Assembly (NCBI RefSeq): GCF_000341395.1 | Contig: NC_020304.1 | Coordinates: 2,250,001-2,282,000, forward strand | Reading direction: 5' to 3' | Source of the DNA: Desulfocapsa sulfexigens DSM 10523 | GTDB taxonomy: Bacteria > Desulfobacterota > Desulfobulbia > Desulfobulbales > Desulfocapsaceae | Length of the DNA: 32,000 nucleotides | Part shown: positions 28,784-32,000 of the stretch, piece by piece | Layout of the letters: the number at the start of each line of letters is the position of its first letter | How positions within the stretch are numbered: position 1 is the stretch's first letter | Program-made: the position numbers and the translations under genes | Notes under the pieces: model-generated | Seen by the model: only the letters and a program-made list of their open reading frames with translations | What the model was told of the DNA's origin: nothing | Databases searched by the model: none

Positions 28784-28822
28784 AAAGGTCTTTATAAGTA
28801 TTGCCTACTTATAAAGACCTTT
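28784..28822 (-). terminator. Rho-independent terminator of tRNA-Leu
   Basis: Perfect 17-bp inverted repeat AAAGGTCTTTATAAGTA-TTGCC-TACTTATAAAGACCTTT. On the minus strand it follows the tRNA 3' end and runs into a T-tract (plus-strand aaaaaaaa upstream). Confidence 0.93.
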
Positions 28823-28827
28823 AAATT

Positions 28828-28914
28828 TGGTGCCGAAGAGAAGACTCGAACTTCCACGAGAATACTCCCACTAGACCCTGAACCTAGCGCGTCTACCAAT
28901 TCCGCCACTTCGGC
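28828..28914 (-). tRNA. tRNA-Leu (anticodon CAG), CCA encoded
   Basis: Reverse complement GCCGAAGTGGCGGAATTGGTAGACGCGCTAGGTTCAGGGTCTAGTGGGAGTATTCTCGTGGAAGTTCGAGTCTTCTCTTCGGCACCA. Acceptor 7/7 pairs; anticodon stem CTAGG/TCTAG with loop TTCAGGG; long variable arm. Confidence 0.96.
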
Positions 28915-29015
28915 AACGCTGGTAAATATGCTTGTCCTGAAGGGATTTGTCAAGACTTTCTTCATGGTGGTGTCAAAAAAGAACAGGTTTGATAATTGAA
29001 CAATACAATGGCGAA

Positions 29016-29987
29016 ATGAAGATATATAGAGAACTGAGTCAAATCAAAGAATCCTTTCCTCATGCATGTGTGACTATCGGTAACTTTGATGGTGTTCACC
29101 TGGGCCATCAACTTCTTTTTGGTGAAGTTGTCCAGAGGGCGTATCGCTGTAATGGGACAAGTGTGGCGGTGACATTCGACCCACATCCACTACAGGTCCT
29201 ACGCCCTCAGGGAATAAAGCTGATTTCCACCTGTGAGCAGAAGACGGAGCTTATAGAACATGCGGGGATTGACGTCCTCGTTATCATACCGTTTTCCATG
29301 CAATTTGCAGCTATTACAGCCCATCATTTCGTCGATGACATCCTCAGAAAAATCATTGGCGTAAAAGAGCTCGTTGTTGGATATGATTATGCTTTCGGGA
29401 AAGGCCGGGTAGGTAATATTGAATTTCTGAAAGAACAGGGCGCTGCAAAAGGATTTTCTGTGACCGTGGTGGATGCTCATTATGAACAGGATTTTCTGGT
29501 GAGTTCCACAAAGGTTCGGGAATTGGTGGCCGATGGTAGAATGGCGGACGCCAGGACACTCCTTGGAAGGTATTATCAGATCAGGGGGGAAGTCCAGCTG
29601 GGTCAGCAGCGTGGTGGAAAAGAAATAGGGTTTCCGACAGCAAATCTGAACATGGAAAAAGAGGATCTCATTCCTAAAATGGGTGTTTACGTCTGTCAGG
29701 TTATCTGTGGTGGAAGGTGTTATGGCGGTGTATTGAATATCGGAGTGAATCCTACTTTTGGGGAAAATCGTCTTGTTGCAGAAACGCATATATTTGATTT
29801 TAATCAGGATATTTATGGGAAGCCGATTAAAGTCAACCTGCTGCGTTTTTTGCGCAATGAAAAGAAATTTTCAGGGATAGAAGAGCTTTCAACTCAGATT
29901 GCAAAGGATGTGGTTCAGGCAAAAGCTATATTAGCGGAGCAGCAAAAAGAACTGACTCTCTCCTGTGAGGAGCGTTTCAACAGGTAG
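29016..29987 (+). CDS. ribF: Bifunctional riboflavin kinase / FAD synthetase
   Basis: 'CVTIGNFDGVHLGHQLLF', 'VTFDPHP', 'SSTKVRELVADG', 'GGKEIGFPTANL', 'GVYVCQV', 'VETHIFDFNQDIYG'. The track ORF starts at 28947, but ATG at 29016 (MKIYRELSQIKESF) is the likelier start. Confidence 0.95.
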   Translation: MKIYRELSQIKESFPHACVTIGNFDGVHLGHQLLFGEVVQRAYRCNGTSVAVTFDPHPLQVLRPQGIKLISTCEQKTELIEHAGIDVLVIIPFSMQFAAITAHHFVDDILRKIIGVKELVVGYDYAFGKGRVGNIEFLKEQGAAKGFSVTVVDAHYEQDFLVSSTKVRELVADGRMADARTLLGRYYQIRGEVQLGQQRGGKEIGFPTANLNMEKEDLIPKMGVYVCQVICGGRCYGGVLNIGVNPTFGENRLVAETHIFDFNQDIYGKPIKVNLLRFLRNEKKFSGIEELSTQIAKDVVQAKAILAEQQKELTLSCEERFNR

Positions 29988-30164
29988 CATGAATGCCTCA
30001 GCTGTGGTCTGGCATTTTCTTCTTGCAAGTCAGCGGATGGTGTCTATAGTGTAGTCGATTTGGCTTTAAGAAGAACAAACAAGTCTTATATTTCCGGTAC
30101 GGTTCGCGCAACAATTTTACCTTAAAATGTAATGCTTTAAAACATACTGATTTAGAGGAATGTC

Positions 30165-30812
30165 ATGTCAGAAGAGAATGCTATTGAGAATTTGACTGAA
30201 GATCTACCAACAGTCATCGCAGAGTTGGAAAAAAAATGTAAACAGAATCCAGACAATGTTGTTACTTTGCATCACCTTGGGCTTGTTTATTTGAAATCCG
30301 GGAGGATCGACGAGGCTATAGAGTGTCTTGAAAAGTGTCTTGTGATTGATGAACAGGCTAATCAGCCTATGATTAATCTGGGAGCTATTTATTTCGGTCA
30401 GGGAAATCTGGATAAGGCTCAGGAGCTAAATGAAATGGCAATCAAGGTTCAGCCTGACACTTCAGCACAGGCCCACGCAAATCTTGGATTGATCTGGCAA
30501 CAGCGCAATGAGCTTGATAAGTCAATTGCCTCCTACGAGAAGGCCATTCAGTACGATCCCAAACTTGCAACCGTGTGGATGAATCTTACATCCGTGCTCA
30601 CCATGAAAGGTGAAGACGATCGTGCGTTAAAGGCAGCCACTAAGGCAACCCAACTTGAGCCCGATTCAGCTCTTGCGCAGAATAATCTTGCTGTCGCTCT
30701 CTTTTTCAGTGGTGATTATCCCAAAGCAAAGGTCCACATGGAAAAAGCCATAGAATTAGGGTATTCCGTTGATCCCAATTTTATTGCAGGCTTGGAAGAG
30801 AAGTTAGCATAG
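30165..30812 (+). CDS. Tetratricopeptide repeat protein
   Basis: Repeated TPR pattern ('LHHLGLVYLKSGRIDEAIECLEKCLVIDE', 'PMINLGAIYFGQGNLDKAQELNEMAIKV', 'AHANLGLIWQQRNELDKSIASYEKAIQYD'). Confidence 0.93.
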   Translation: MSEENAIENLTEDLPTVIAELEKKCKQNPDNVVTLHHLGLVYLKSGRIDEAIECLEKCLVIDEQANQPMINLGAIYFGQGNLDKAQELNEMAIKVQPDTSAQAHANLGLIWQQRNELDKSIASYEKAIQYDPKLATVWMNLTSVLTMKGEDDRALKAATKATQLEPDSALAQNNLAVALFFSGDYPKAKVHMEKAIELGYSVDPNFIAGLEEKLA

Positions 30813-30816
30813 TATT

Positions 30817-31965
30817 ATGAAGAAACAAAAACTTACCACCGCCCCCTGGTGTCCGTTTTGTGGCCAGAAAGTTGGTCGGGCAACCGATGCCATTGAGCGG
30901 AAGATGCAGGAATTCCAGGTTGGTCGCTGTCAGTGTGGTGCTGTGTATACCTGTGACCCCACTGGTCACAATGTGGGCTCGGCAATGGTGGAGGCTCTTG
31001 TTTTTGCCTGCAATGATAACTGGGATTTCGCATGGGATCTGATGCCCGAGGATGATTATCTGACTGGGCGGGTAGAGGATTATGATGAGACCACCCATCA
31101 GGTAGTTAATACTCGAAACATTGATGGTCGTCCTGTTCGTGGCGTTCTTTATTTTGTCCGTCTCCATACTGAGATTGCTGAGATTGCCAAGCGGGTGAAA
31201 GAGAAGAAAGAGGCCTTGGCGCGAGAGACCATTACTCCGATACTGTCCGATGCTGTTGAAGCAATCCCGACTCCAGAACCACAGCTTGATCCGAAAAGAG
31301 TAAAACTCAAGTCTACGAAGAAAGGGGTTAAAGAGGCGAGAGACAGAGGAGATATCGATACTCTGGTCATGCTCTGTTTTGATAACAGGAAGACTCTTCG
31401 TCTTCTGCAGCGTCTTTTGTACGATGTCGACGAGGCCCGGCGTTGGGAAACGGCCTGGGTTATTGGTCAGGTCTGTTCCCGTGTTGCTACAAAAATGCCA
31501 GGCCAGGTGTCTGAGCTCGTTCACCGTCTCTTTGAAGCCTGTTCCGATTCGGCGGCGGCCCCCTGGGGAATGATTGAGGCTCTGGGCGAAGTTATTTCTG
31601 GCCGGCCAGATGTTTTTGGTGCTTTTACAAGGCATCTGCTGAACTATATGGGTGATGATTCCACTCAGGTTCAGGTCGTGTGGGCGCTTTCGAAAATTGC
31701 CGCTAAAAGGCCTGATCTTATTCGTGAGACGCCTTTTTTCAACCTGTTTCATTTTTTACAACATCCCAACCCTCAAATGCGCGGGCTTGTAGTGCAACTG
31801 CTGGGTCGGATAAGGGCAAAAGAAGTAAGCCTGCAGCTTATGGAGCTCAGTGATGATCAGGAAAAACTTGTTATATGGGAAAATAGAAAACCAGTAGAAT
31901 ATACAATTGCTGAACTGGTAACTGTTGCATTGAAACAGATCAGTGAAGGAGATATTAAAAAATGA
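30817..31965 (+). CDS. Hypothetical protein: N-terminal zinc-ribbon-like (CPFC...CQC) plus HEAT-like repeats
   Basis: 'WCPFCGQKVGR...VGRCQCGAVYTCDPTGHNVG'; C-terminal alpha-helical repeats 'PDLIRETPFFNLFHFLQHPNPQMRGLVVQLLGRI'. Confidence 0.8.
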   Translation: MKKQKLTTAPWCPFCGQKVGRATDAIERKMQEFQVGRCQCGAVYTCDPTGHNVGSAMVEALVFACNDNWDFAWDLMPEDDYLTGRVEDYDETTHQVVNTRNIDGRPVRGVLYFVRLHTEIAEIAKRVKEKKEALARETITPILSDAVEAIPTPEPQLDPKRVKLKSTKKGVKEARDRGDIDTLVMLCFDNRKTLRLLQRLLYDVDEARRWETAWVIGQVCSRVATKMPGQVSELVHRLFEACSDSAAAPWGMIEALGEVISGRPDVFGAFTRHLLNYMGDDSTQVQVVWALSKIAAKRPDLIRETPFFNLFHFLQHPNPQMRGLVVQLLGRIRAKEVSLQLMELSDDQEKLVIWENRKPVEYTIAELVTVALKQISEGDIKK

Positions 31966-32000
31966 TTAGTAACATACAGTCCATGGCTGACATAAAGAAG
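31962..32000 (+). CDS. Possible start of a further CDS, truncated by window end
   Basis: ATGA overlap with the upstream stop; frame open (MISNIQSMADIKK...) to the window edge. Confidence 0.4.
   Translation, partial: MISNIQSMADIKK

Noticed and set aside
28589-28999. 136-aa plus-strand ORF
   Set aside because: Its C-terminal part ('GAEEKTRTSTRILPLDPEPSASTNSATSAT') is the antisense translation of the tRNA-Leu, a well-known spurious ORF. It also reads through the terminator hairpin.
28947-29015. N-terminal extension of ribF in the ORF track
   Set aside because: The family-like N-terminus begins at ATG 29016 (MKIYRELSQIKESFPHACVTIGNFDGVH); the extra residues look like untranslated leader.
29199-29789. 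196-aa minus-strand ORF
   Set aside because: Antisense to ribF; no recognisable motif.
30781-31752. 323-aa minus-strand ORF
   Set aside because: Antisense to the ribbon/HEAT gene. The plus strand has convincing Cys motifs, helical repeats and operon spacing, so the minus ORF is taken as a shadow.
1-32000. CRISPR arrays, transposases, integrases, phage genes or defence systems
   Set aside because: I saw no spaced direct repeats and no transposase, integrase or nuclease motifs. The only repeat arrays are intragenic and protein-coding.

Overview
The window is a glycan (O-antigen/exopolysaccharide-type) biosynthesis locus at about 1-25.7 kb. It is followed by a B12-binding radical SAM / alpha-oxoamine synthase pair (25.7-28.4 kb), a tRNA-Leu(CAG) with a perfect hairpin terminator, and then housekeeping-type genes: ribF, a TPR protein, and a zinc-ribbon plus HEAT-like protein. 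The locus holds an ABC-transporter ATPase of the Wzt type, about ten glycosyltransferase genes or domains, three B12-binding radical SAM genes, one SPASM-like radical SAM, several polytopic membrane proteins and a Wzy/ligase-like protein. The most interesting object is the 1387-aa ORF at 3114-7277. It overlaps the Wzt stop codon by 4 nt and reads: FkbM methyltransferase, 14-aa-period coiled coil encoded by near-identical 42-bp DNA repeats, an in-frame G11 homopolymer, seven 38-aa repeats, a GT2 domain, and a WbsX-like domain. This resembles a fused terminator/'molecular ruler'/transferase with two built-in slippage-prone elements, so it is a candidate phase- and length-variable system. Family assignments come from reading motifs in the translations; no database search was run.
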